45,032 bases of DNA from an uncultured Candidatus Saccharibacteria bacterium (GCA_964367475.1 CAYIXQ010000002.1:1-45032), one strand, 5' to 3'. Shown: positions 17,859-26,839, numbered from the stretch's first letter. Numbers and translations are program-made. The notes: generated by a model from the sequence alone, not told the origin.

Positions 17859-19129
17859 CGAATTTTTCTAAAGTCGAAAAACACTCGTTTTATTTTTTTA
17901 TTTTTTGCATTCCGTTTCAATTAAGACTTATTTTCCATCAGTGGACTTGGCCATTTAACGAATGGACAGCAGCCTTCCTGTATTTTACCGACATCCTTTT
18001 TGTTTTGTTATTGGTTTTTTTGCTGAAAAGATATTTGTCAATTCGTTCTAGACCATGGTTTAAAATGTTTCCCACCTCGGCCAGTCCAATCATTTGGTGT
18101 TTGTTTCTATTCATAATAACTGCCTTTTTTTCAATATTTAACGCGCACATCCAGGGACTATCCATCTATAAATTCGCGAAGTTAGTTGAATTTGCATTAT
18201 TTTTCATTTACTTGCGAGCAAACACTGGGCATTTTCTTAATCTGAAAAATATTGCGATAGTCATTTCCGCCTCGGCATTCTTCCAATCCTTAATTGCCAT
18301 TACCCAGTATTTAAAACAGGGGAATATTGGTTTAAAAATTCTAGGTGAAAGTCATATCGGTCCAGAGATTTCTAATGTGGCTGTGTTTTTGGTCGATGAG
18401 GAGAAAGTGATGCGTTCTTACGGGACTTTCCCTCATCCCAATGTTTTAGCGGCCTGGTTGCTAGTCGGTGTTTTTTGTTTCTGGTATCTTTATTTTCGAT
18501 TTGAGAAGGCATTTCGTGAAAAGTGGTGGTTAGCCGGATATAGTGTAATGTTAATTGCCATTTATACCACTTACTCTCGAACAATAATCAGTTTGGGCTT
18601 TTTGTTGGCATCCATATTGCTGTTTTTGTTTCGAGCTCACTTTGCCAAACTTAAAAAACTGGTTTTCCTGACGGTAATTACTACATTATTATTCACTTTA
18701 GTTTATTGGCCAGAGGTTAATTCGAGACTTCGCATATCTGCTGGCGAGGAAACGGTTACGCAAAGGATCTGGTTTAATAATATTGCCGGCAATATAACAA
18801 AATCAGCGCCGTTTCTCGGTATCGGTTATGGTCAATTTGTGGCGAACCTGATTAATAAATATAAATTCTATCCCCAATTCTTTTACCAGCCGGTTCATAA
18901 TATTTACTTATTGCTATCCAGCGAAACTGGAATTGTCGGCTTGGCTACGTTTCTTGGATTTATTGCCTTTTTAATGAGGGAAGCGGCAATCGCGAAAAAT
19001 ACTTTTATATTTTTAGGCGTTGCCGTGCTTATGTTAGGATTTTTTGATCATTTTTTATTTTCGCTGCAACAGGGGAGTTTGATACTATGGCTGACATTGG
19101 GATTGTTGTCTAGAGTTGTTGATAGCTAA
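17855..19129 (+). CDS. O-antigen ligase/Wzy_C-family membrane protein
   Basis: About 10-12 TM, conserved loop YSRT... and HNIYLLLLSETGIVG; ATGA overlap with the upstream gene. Confidence 0.7.
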   Translation: MTNFSKVEKHSFYFFIFCIPFQLRLIFHQWTWPFNEWTAAFLYFTDILFVLLLVFLLKRYLSIRSRPWFKMFPTSASPIIWCLFLFIITAFFSIFNAHIQGLSIYKFAKLVEFALFFIYLRANTGHFLNLKNIAIVISASAFFQSLIAITQYLKQGNIGLKILGESHIGPEISNVAVFLVDEEKVMRSYGTFPHPNVLAAWLLVGVFCFWYLYFRFEKAFREKWWLAGYSVMLIAIYTTYSRTIISLGFLLASILLFLFRAHFAKLKKLVFLTVITTLLFTLVYWPEVNSRLRISAGEETVTQRIWFNNIAGNITKSAPFLGIGYGQFVANLINKYKFYPQFFYQPVHNIYLLLSSETGIVGLATFLGFIAFLMREAAIAKNTFIFLGVAVLMLGFFDHFLFSLQQGSLILWLTLGLLSRVVDS

Positions 19130-19175
19130 GTGGTTGTCTAAATGGGGGATATTAAGGTATAATGGAACAAATCTA

Positions 19176-20426
19176 ATGAATACTAAGAAAAACTTGGTTT
19201 TTCCTTTGCTTTTAGCCGCATTTATAACCCTTATTCCTGCTTTTAACGTCTCGGCTGACGAAGGTCGCTATTTAGTAAAATCAACCAAATCATTCTGGAA
19301 AAATGCGCTTGGCGCCAGGCATAACTTCGAAAACGGTTTCACCACCGAGCTTTCGGATTTCCAGGTAAAATTCCATCGCTTGTTAGGTTTGGAAATCGAG
19401 CCAGTCAAGGTTTTACAAATCTTACCGGCCGAAAATGTCGAATCTGTAATCCTAGCCCCAACTGAATCGCCCACCGCCACGCCAAAAGTGCTGGCGCCCC
19501 CACGGGGCAAAAAGGTGATCAGACCGGTGCCGTCCGACCAAACGCCCTGGGGTATTGAAGTTATTTACAACGATGCAAGTTTGAATAAAACCGCTGGCGG
19601 TGACAATGTAAAAGTAGCAGTTCTTGATACCGGTATTTTAACCTCTCACCCCGACCTTAAGGCAAGAATTTTGCAATGCAAAGATTTTTCCGACTTCCGA
19701 AATCCGGTTATCAATGGTAAGTGTGAAGACAAAAATGGCCATGGCACTCATGTTGCCGGGATTATCGCGGCTGATACCGGGGCTGATGGCTTGGGAATAA
19801 ATGGGGTGGCGCCGGCAGCTAGACTGCTGATTTATAAAGTGTGTGGTAACAACGGACTTTGCTATTCAGACGATATTGCCGCTGCATTGCGCATGGCAGC
19901 TGATGAAAAAGCTAATGTTGTTAATATGAGTTTTGGAGCGGATAGCGAAATACCATTGGTATTTGATGCCATTAATTATGCTATCAGTAAGGGCGTATTA
20001 CCGATTGCCGCAGCCGGTAATGATGGTCCTTTCTTAGATAGCATTGATTATCCAGCTGCAATTTCCAGTGTGGTGGCCGTGGGAGCGATAAACCCGCTCA
20101 AGGCGGTCACGGAATGGAGCTCACGTGGGATAAATCTTTCTACTACTCCATATGTGGTTGAGGACCACGATATTGAATTTGCCGCACCGGGTGAAAATAT
20201 TGAATCGACTTATAATAATGGTGGTTACGCCATTCTTTCAGGAACTTCGATGTCATCTCCTTTTGTTGCCGGTCTTGCCGCTAAATATTGGCAATTTGCG
20301 TCTGAAAATGCGGCGGCCGCGACACGTGATTTTCTCCATGTACTAGCCCAGGATTTATTGCCGTTAGGTGATGATAATGATTCTGGCTTTGGCCTTCCCA
20401 TTGTGCCGGTTGAGCCCCTGCCTTAG
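19176..20426 (+). CDS. Secreted subtilisin-like S8 serine protease
   Basis: Signal peptide MNTKKNLVFPLLLAAF; catalytic triad motifs VAVLDTGI, HGTHVAG, SGTSMSSPFVAG. Confidence 0.9.
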   Translation: MNTKKNLVFPLLLAAFITLIPAFNVSADEGRYLVKSTKSFWKNALGARHNFENGFTTELSDFQVKFHRLLGLEIEPVKVLQILPAENVESVILAPTESPTATPKVLAPPRGKKVIRPVPSDQTPWGIEVIYNDASLNKTAGGDNVKVAVLDTGILTSHPDLKARILQCKDFSDFRNPVINGKCEDKNGHGTHVAGIIAADTGADGLGINGVAPAARLLIYKVCGNNGLCYSDDIAAALRMAADEKANVVNMSFGADSEIPLVFDAINYAISKGVLPIAAAGNDGPFLDSIDYPAAISSVVAVGAINPLKAVTEWSSRGINLSTTPYVVEDHDIEFAAPGENIESTYNNGGYAILSGTSMSSPFVAGLAAKYWQFASENAAAATRDFLHVLAQDLLPLGDDNDSGFGLPIVPVEPLP

Positions 20427-20462
20427 TTCCCAGCAGTCTTTCTCGATGGGTGTTTTGTTTTT

Positions 20463-20471
20463 TGGTATAAT
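20463..20471 (+). promoter_or_regulatory. Extended -10 promoter giving a leaderless mRNA
   Basis: TGGTATAAT, 6 nt to the ATG at 20478. Confidence 0.5.
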
Positions 20472-20477
20472 TGCCTC

Positions 20478-21137
20478 ATGGTCAATCGTGTTATCCGCCA
20501 CCTAGTACTCTCGGATTTTATTTTGAATTTTGCTTTTGGACTGCTGGCGCCAATTTTTGCTGTCTTTATTTTAAAAAGTGTTGAAGGCAGTAGTTTAAAA
20601 GTCATAGGGTTAGCGACTACTTTTTATTGGCTGGCTAGAGTTTCGTCCACAGTGCCCCTCTCCCGTTTTATGGACCGAACCGATGGGGAGAGAGATGAGT
20701 TTTATTTTGTGGTGATTGGCTCCTTCATCATTTCCTCTATTCCGCTTTTTTATTTATTGATAAATCAACCCTGGCATTTATATTTAATCCAATTTATTTA
20801 CGGCATGGCCAATTCAATGGCCGTGCCAGCTTGGCGGATTCTTTTTACCGATCATATTGATCGCGGCAAAACGGGCTATGAGTGGTCATTAGAAGATATT
20901 GCCATTGGTGTCTCGGCGGCTATCAGCGCCTACCTGGGTTCAGTATTAGCCGATACTTTTGGTTTCAAGCTGGTTCTTATTTTACTTGCCATATTTGGCT
21001 ACATATCAACGATGATATTAATTCCTCTTCATCGCGATGCTAAAACCCTAACCCAAATCAAACGAGAACAACGCCTCCAAGCATTAAAATTAAAACGAAA
21101 GTCCATGGCGCCGCTAAAGATAGATGAAGCTCACTAA
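20478..21137 (+). CDS. Half-size MFS-like transporter (6 TM, 219 aa)
   Basis: Six hydrophobic helices with MFS-like loop motif FMDRTDGERDE between TM2 and TM3; no second six-helix bundle. Confidence 0.55.
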   Translation: MVNRVIRHLVLSDFILNFAFGLLAPIFAVFILKSVEGSSLKVIGLATTFYWLARVSSTVPLSRFMDRTDGERDEFYFVVIGSFIISSIPLFYLLINQPWHLYLIQFIYGMANSMAVPAWRILFTDHIDRGKTGYEWSLEDIAIGVSAAISAYLGSVLADTFGFKLVLILLAIFGYISTMILIPLHRDAKTLTQIKREQRLQALKLKRKSMAPLKIDEAH

Positions 21138-21190
21138 AAAACCCCGCGTAAGGCCGGGGTAAGGCTTGGGCTGAAACGAACGTTTAAAAT

Positions 21191-21368
21191 TAGGACTTAC
21201 GCGCTTGAGCCACGAAGCCCAAGGCTATTAGGGCTTACCATGGCTCAAGCCACAAGGGTTTGGCCAATTTCTTTGTTAAAATCTACGTTTGAGACTCGCC
21301 GTACCTGCTAGTACGTCTCGTCTCAAGCCTCGATTTTGCCTTGAACTTGGCCAAACGCGTAAGTCCTA
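21191..21368 (+). mobile_element. Family-1 MITE-like structured repeat, copy A (178 bp)
   Basis: 13-bp TIRs TAGGACTTACGCG/CGCGTAAGTCCTA, flanking direct repeat AAAAT/AAAAT, 2 substitutions vs copy D. Confidence 0.7.
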
Positions 21369-21539
21369 AAAATGATAAGATGAAATCTGGAGGGTGGCCG
21401 GATACTTTTAGTGTAGGTGTGCCGCCGGGCACGCGCACTAATAATGTACCACTCAAAACCACCCCATAAGCTCGAAGGTCATTTTCTTCCCTTTCGAGTT
21501 AATTCATATTAGCTTAAAATATATCACCATGTCAAATTT

Positions 21540-22661
21540 ATGACCATTAAAAGAATTTTACTAGTTGGCGGCAATACCGGAGGGCACGTTTATCCGCTTT
21601 TTGCGGTGGCAGAAAGTTTGGGCGAGGCCGCGAGCCAAAGTAGCATCGAAATAGATATTAGGTTTATGGGAGATGGTGATATATTAAAACAGGAAGCGCA
21701 AAAGTTAGGCCTTAAATCATATCAGATCTTAAATTCTAAATGGCGCAGATATCTTAGTCTTAAAAATTTCATAGATATTTTTAAATTGCCCATCGGCATA
21801 ATCCAAACATTATTTTTCCTCTGGCTTTACATGCCTGATATCATTTTTTCCAAAGGGGGATATGCTTCGCTTTTACCTTGTTTGATTGGCCGGCTCTATT
21901 TAATTCCTATTTTTATTCACGAATCTGACGCTGTACCGGGGATTACCAATAAATTTCTAAGTCATTTTGCCAAAAAAGTTTACCTGGCTCTGACAGTAGC
22001 AGCGAAATATTTTATGCCAGATAAAACAGAAGTCGTCGGGTGCCCCGTTAGAAAAAAAATTTTGCAGGGAGATAGGATTCAAGCCTACACATTTTTCAAG
22101 CTTGATCCTAATAAGCCCACCGTTCTTGTCACCGGGGCTAGTCAGGGAGCCAAGATCGTTAACGACGTTTTGTTACTATCACTGGTAGAGCTATCAAAAA
22201 AGTTTCAAGTGATCCACCAGACGGGTCTAAGGAACTTTGACAATGTAAATGGACAGATAACCAAGTTGCTGGCCGAGGGAAAGAACACATATGCTGAAGG
22301 CCTGAAAAATAATTATAGAATCTATCCGGTATTTGATGTCGAGCAAATGGCCTTAGGATACGCCGCGGCCGATGTCATTATATCACGCAGCGGATCACAA
22401 ATCTTTGAATCGGCCGCGGTCGGCAAGCCGAGTATTGTTATTCCTCTAAAAAATTCTGGGCAGGATCATCAGCGCGCCAATGCGCGAGAATTTGCTAAAT
22501 TTGGCGCTATTGTTATCGAGGAAGATAATCTTACACCCCACATCTTGATCAATGAAATTGAGAAGGCATATGATCAGCGTCAATCTCTTTCCGAAAAAGT
22601 CAGAGTTTTCGCGAATTTAAACTCGGCTGATATAATTGCCAATCAGCTCCTGAATACTTAA
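21540..22661 (+). CDS. murG: Lipid II-forming UDP-GlcNAc transferase MurG
   Basis: N-terminal GGNTGGHVYPL glycine loop, GT28 two-domain layout. Confidence 0.93.
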   Translation: MTIKRILLVGGNTGGHVYPLFAVAESLGEAASQSSIEIDIRFMGDGDILKQEAQKLGLKSYQILNSKWRRYLSLKNFIDIFKLPIGIIQTLFFLWLYMPDIIFSKGGYASLLPCLIGRLYLIPIFIHESDAVPGITNKFLSHFAKKVYLALTVAAKYFMPDKTEVVGCPVRKKILQGDRIQAYTFFKLDPNKPTVLVTGASQGAKIVNDVLLLSLVELSKKFQVIHQTGLRNFDNVNGQITKLLAEGKNTYAEGLKNNYRIYPVFDVEQMALGYAAADVIISRSGSQIFESAAVGKPSIVIPLKNSGQDHQRANAREFAKFGAIVIEEDNLTPHILINEIEKAYDQRQSLSEKVRVFANLNSADIIANQLLNT

Positions 22662-22677
22662 ATATTGAAATATTATA

Positions 22678-22854
22678 TAGGACTTACGCGTTTGGCCAAG
22701 TTCAAGGCAAAATCGAGCATTGGGACGAACCATAGTAATACTATGGTGAGGACCAAGCGGAGATTTTAACGAAGAAATTGGCCAAACCCTTGCGGCTTGA
22801 GCCACGGTAAGCCCTAAAAAACCTGGGCTTCGTGGCTCAAGCACGTAAGTCCTA
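22678..22854 (-). mobile_element. Family-1 repeat, copy B (177 bp, inverted, diverged; different apical hairpin)
   Basis: Same TIRs (one mismatch), same hairpin-1 stem and long stem; central 40 nt unrelated but again palindromic (22729-22747). Confidence 0.65.
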
Positions 22855-22870
22855 ATTTAAACATTTATCT

Positions 22871-23722
22871 ATGACCTGGCAAACCATTGGTTTTGATCAA
22901 ATCAAAGACTTTTTCAGCCAAAACTTGGCGGCTGGCACTTTGTTTAACTCCTATTTTTTTAGCGGTCAGGAAATGATCGGCAAACGGACCTTTGTCCTGG
23001 AGTTAGCCGCCCTGGCGACGGGGAAATTTAGGACTCATGATGTATTATATATAGGAACGGAAAATTCTGATTCAGGCCGCTCGATAAGCATAGACGAAAT
23101 TCGACGCTTAAAAAACTTTGCCGTTTTGAGCCCAATGGGACCAAATTATAAGTTCGCGATTATTAATGATGCTCATCTCATGACCGAAGAGGCGCAAAAC
23201 GCCCTCTTGAAGATTTTAGAAGAACCAAATCGGCAAGTGATTATGATATTAATTTCATCCAATCCTGATAACATTTTGTCTACTGTATCGTCCCGTTGCC
23301 AGGAAATGAGATTTCCTTCACATAGGACCGGAGTTATTTCAAATCTGGTCAATTCCTTAAATCTGTCGGAAGATAGGAAAAGACTACTTATAACTTTAGC
23401 TAACGGCAGAGTGGGACTGGTTAAGCAAGCGATGGTCGAAAGTAATTTGATGGCCGAAGTTGAGAAGTCGGTCAAAGAATTACTGGCGTTAACCAGGGCT
23501 GATTTAGAAACGAAATTAAGTTATGCCCAGAAACTAGGTGATGAAAAAAACCGGGCGCTACTAAGCCGAAAAGTTATGTATTGGCTGCTTTTTGCTAGGA
23601 CTAAAACGGCTGATCCGAAAGGTTATCAAATATTGCGTAATCTCCAAATTTTAAATAAAGTTATTAATCAGCCACAGTATAACACTCGGCTGGCGCTGGA
23701 AAACTTTATGCTTAATATTTAA
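22871..23722 (+). CDS. holB: DNA polymerase III delta-prime subunit
   Basis: AAA+ clamp-loader fold, AQNALLKILEEP box, SRCQ sensor motif. Confidence 0.85.
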   Translation: MTWQTIGFDQIKDFFSQNLAAGTLFNSYFFSGQEMIGKRTFVLELAALATGKFRTHDVLYIGTENSDSGRSISIDEIRRLKNFAVLSPMGPNYKFAIINDAHLMTEEAQNALLKILEEPNRQVIMILISSNPDNILSTVSSRCQEMRFPSHRTGVISNLVNSLNLSEDRKRLLITLANGRVGLVKQAMVESNLMAEVEKSVKELLALTRADLETKLSYAQKLGDEKNRALLSRKVMYWLLFARTKTADPKGYQILRNLQILNKVINQPQYNTRLALENFMLNI

Positions 23723-23724
23723 GC

Positions 23725-23743
23725 CAAGCACGTTAGTCATATT
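23725..23743. repeat. Possible degraded family-1 end (low confidence)
   Basis: CAAGCACGTTAGTCATATT matches the copy-B end CAAGCACGTAAGTCCTAAT at 16 of 19 positions. Confidence 0.3.
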
Positions 23744-23753
23744 ATTTTTAAAT

Positions 23754-24311
23754 ATGGTGATTAAGGAGCTGTTCAATCAAAAAAAACCTGAATTTGATAA
23801 AATTTTAGATTTCTATAAATCAAATATTGCCGCGATCAGAACCGGCCGGGCCAATCCGGCTATGGTGGAGGATATTATCGTAGAGGTTTATGGACAAAAA
23901 ATGATAATCAAAGAACTGGCCTCCATCAATACGCCCGAACCGCGCACCGTCGTTATTCAACCTTGGGACAAAACGGTACTAGAAGCCATTGGCGGGGCCA
24001 TCAGAAAAAGTGATTTAGGTTTAAATCCAGTGGTAGACGGGCAGATTATTCGACTTAACATTCCCCCATTAACCGAAGAGCGGCGAAAAGAATTTATTAA
24101 ATTATTAAAACAAAAAACGGAAGAAACTAGAATTAAAATCCGCCGTACGCGGGAAGACATCTGGGATCGTATCCAGCGCATGGAGAAAGATCGCGCGATT
24201 AGGGAAGATGAAAAGTTTAGAGCCAAGGATGAATTGCAAAAATTGGTTGATGAATATAACAAAAAAACCGAGGATCTGGAGAAGAAAAAAGAGAGTGAGC
24301 TATTAAACTAA
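23754..24311 (+). CDS. frr: Ribosome recycling factor
   Basis: 185 aa, typical RRF sequence (IRTGRANPAMVEDI..., LTEERRKE). Confidence 0.95.
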   Translation: MVIKELFNQKKPEFDKILDFYKSNIAAIRTGRANPAMVEDIIVEVYGQKMIIKELASINTPEPRTVVIQPWDKTVLEAIGGAIRKSDLGLNPVVDGQIIRLNIPPLTEERRKEFIKLLKQKTEETRIKIRRTREDIWDRIQRMEKDRAIREDEKFRAKDELQKLVDEYNKKTEDLEKKKESELLN

Positions 24312-24318
24312 TTGATCT

Positions 24319-25401
24319 ATGCTTACGTTAATAATTTTTGTAATTGTTTTGAGTATTTTAATCTTTGTCCACGAACTGGGGCATTTTATTTTTGCTAAAC
24401 GCGCCGGCATGAAGGTGGAAGAATTTGGTTTTGGCTTTCCGCCCAGAATCCTCGGCCTTAAAAGAAATGGCACAATTTATTCCCTTAATTGGATTCCGTT
24501 TGGCGGTTTTGTAAAAATTTTTGGTGAGGATGGTGAGCATGCTCGGGAAACCGGTAGTTTCGGGTCGGCCCCGGCCAGAATCCGAGCCATGGTTTTGATA
24601 GCGGGGGTCCTCATGAATTTTCTTTTAGCTGTTGTTTTATTGACGATTGGCAATACTGTAGGTCTAAGGGTTGGATTGGTTGATGAGCAGATAAAAGCCA
24701 AGGCCAGAGATATAAAAGTTCAGATTATTCAAATAGCCGAAAATAGTCCGGCCGAGGAAGCGGACTTGCGCGCGCTGGATGAAATTATTGCCGTCCGGGT
24801 TAATTCGAACCGCACTACTATCAAAACTGTTCCGCAAATGCAAAATGTAATTAACTCGTACCGCGGCCGTGAGATCACCCTCGAAATAGCCGATAGTGTG
24901 ACCGTGCGGGATGTAAACGTGGTACCGCGGGTTAATCCGCCACCGGGACAAGGTGCGCTAGGTATATTGTTGGCCGAAACCGGAATAGTCAAATATCCCT
25001 GGTATCTTGCGGCAATAAAGGGAATCGAAAATTCTTTTTACATCCTCAAAGAAACAGTAATCGGTTATGCTACGATAATAAAAAATCTTTTTGTTACAGG
25101 ACGTGCCGGTGTGGAACTGACTGGTCCGGTGGGTATTGCCATGATTACCGGCCAGGCTGCCCGCTTAGGTTTTGCTTATTTGATCCAGCTGATGGCCCTG
25201 ATCTCCATAAATTTGGCCGTATTAAACATTATTCCGTTTCCGGCCCTGGATGGCGGCCGATTGTTATTTGTGCTGATCGAAAAAATTAAGGGCAGCCCTG
25301 TACCGAAAAAAATTGAGGCGGGTATAAACGCCGCCGGCTTCATGCTTTTAATTATGCTCATGATCTTTATCACCACCAAGGACTTATTGAAATTTTTCTA
25401 A
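24319..25401 (+). CDS. rseP: RIP site-2 metalloprotease RseP (M50)
   Basis: HELGH zinc motif, PDZ-like middle domain, NIIPFPALDGG motif. Confidence 0.92.
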   Translation: MLTLIIFVIVLSILIFVHELGHFIFAKRAGMKVEEFGFGFPPRILGLKRNGTIYSLNWIPFGGFVKIFGEDGEHARETGSFGSAPARIRAMVLIAGVLMNFLLAVVLLTIGNTVGLRVGLVDEQIKAKARDIKVQIIQIAENSPAEEADLRALDEIIAVRVNSNRTTIKTVPQMQNVINSYRGREITLEIADSVTVRDVNVVPRVNPPPGQGALGILLAETGIVKYPWYLAAIKGIENSFYILKETVIGYATIIKNLFVTGRAGVELTGPVGIAMITGQAARLGFAYLIQLMALISINLAVLNIIPFPALDGGRLLFVLIEKIKGSPVPKKIEAGINAAGFMLLIMLMIFITTKDLLKFF

Positions 25402-25435
25402 GCAGGCCGTTCTTTTTTAATTTCGTTTCTTTTGC

Positions 25436-25441
25436 TATTAT
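25436..25441 (+). promoter_or_regulatory. Candidate -10 box giving a leaderless proS mRNA
   Basis: TATTAT with 7 nt to the ATG at 25449, no SD. Confidence 0.35.
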
Positions 25442-25448
25442 CAAAACA

Positions 25449-26687
25449 ATGAAATTGTCTCAACTTTTCACTAAAACCGTCCGAGAAAACCCTAAGGATG
25501 AAACTAGCGTTAACGCCCAACTGCTCGAACGCGGTGGTTTTATTTACAAAAATTCGGCCGGTATTTATTCTTATCTCCCTTTGGGCTGGCGGGTAATGCA
25601 AAAAATTGCCGATATCATCCGCGAAGAAATGAACACCATTGGCGGACAGGAAATGTTGATGCAGGCCATGGTGGAAAAAAAGTATCTTGATACCACCAGG
25701 CGTTGGGACGTGCCGGTCGGTTTTGAGATCCGCGGGAAGAACGAAGAAAAAGCCAATTTTGTGCTTGGTTGGACGCATGAAGAAGTATTAACGGAGATTG
25801 TCGCCCGCTTTATTAGCTCATACAGGGATTTGCCTTTTGCCGCTTATCAAATTCAAACTAAATTTAGAAACGAACCAAGGGCGAAGTCTGGTATTCTGCG
25901 TGGGCGCGAATTTATAATGAAAGATTTGTATAGCTTTCACACAACAGAGGGTGATATGTTTAGGTACTACGAAGAAGTTAAAGGCGCTTATCATAAAATT
26001 TTCCACCGGATCGGCCTGAAAGCGATTTATACCGTGGCTGCCGGCGGAAATTTCACGGTTAGCAACACTCATGAATTTCAAGTAATTTCTCCCATCGGCG
26101 AAGATATAATTTTTGTTTGCGCAAAGTGTGAGTACGCTGAAAATAGTGAAGTTTCCAAGCTAAAAAGCGGTGCTGGCTGTCCAAAATGCGGCGCCAAACT
26201 TACCAAAGAAAAATCAATTGAAATTGGCAATATTTTCCCGCTCGGTACTAAATATTCCGATAGTTTTAATTTTAGATTTACTGACGAAAAAGGAGAGAAA
26301 AAATTAGTGGTTATGGGTTCGTATGGGATTGGTGTTAGTCGAATTATGGGCACAGTCGTGGAGATCCATCACGATGATAAGGGTATCATTTGGCCGGAAA
26401 CGATTACTCCTTACCGGGCGCAGCTCATTGCTCTTAAAGGCGGTGAGACAGAGGCTAATAAAATTTATTCTCAATTGACCAGGGAAAAAATTGACGTTCT
26501 ATATGATGATAGAGCAGATAAAACGGCGGGCGAAAAATTTAGCGATGCCGATCTCATTGGCTGTCCAATCCGGCTGGTGGTAAGCAAAAAAACGCTTGCT
26601 CAAAATTGTGCTGAATTAAAGAAACGTAATGAAAATGAGACCAAACTTGTTAACATTGACTCGCTACGTTCCTTCCTGCTAGGATGA
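25449..26687 (+). CDS. proS: Prolyl-tRNA synthetase, short form without the INS editing domain (412 aa)
   Basis: Class II motif 2 RGREFIMKDLYSFH, motif 3 GSYGIGVSR, C-terminal anticodon-binding domain; CxxC-x16-CxxC where INS normally sits. Confidence 0.92.
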   Translation: MKLSQLFTKTVRENPKDETSVNAQLLERGGFIYKNSAGIYSYLPLGWRVMQKIADIIREEMNTIGGQEMLMQAMVEKKYLDTTRRWDVPVGFEIRGKNEEKANFVLGWTHEEVLTEIVARFISSYRDLPFAAYQIQTKFRNEPRAKSGILRGREFIMKDLYSFHTTEGDMFRYYEEVKGAYHKIFHRIGLKAIYTVAAGGNFTVSNTHEFQVISPIGEDIIFVCAKCEYAENSEVSKLKSGAGCPKCGAKLTKEKSIEIGNIFPLGTKYSDSFNFRFTDEKGEKKLVVMGSYGIGVSRIMGTVVEIHHDDKGIIWPETITPYRAQLIALKGGETEANKIYSQLTREKIDVLYDDRADKTAGEKFSDADLIGCPIRLVVSKKTLAQNCAELKKRNENETKLVNIDSLRSFLLG

Positions 26688-26717
26688 CCGTGGTGGAGCT
26701 GTGACGACCACATAGAT

Positions 26718-26766
26718 ATAGATAGCGGGAGTCTCGGGGGAAGTTCCCGTTTATCTATTTTCTATT
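26718..26766 (+). terminator. Probable proS terminator hairpin
   Basis: GATAGCGGGA-loop-TCCCGTTTATC followed by TATTTTCTATT. Confidence 0.45.
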
Positions 26767-26839
26767 GCAGCTCTGCCGCGCACTTTTTATTGCTTTTTGC
26801 TAAGTTACTTGTTGTTCTCTTGCAGGCAGTCCCCCCAAA

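Noticed and set aside
22617-22844. 75-aa minus-strand ORF in the six-frame track
   Set aside because: It lies almost entirely inside repeat copy B. The corresponding frame in copies A, C and D stops after about 23 codons, and differences between copies are not synonymous-biased. It is treated as non-coding.
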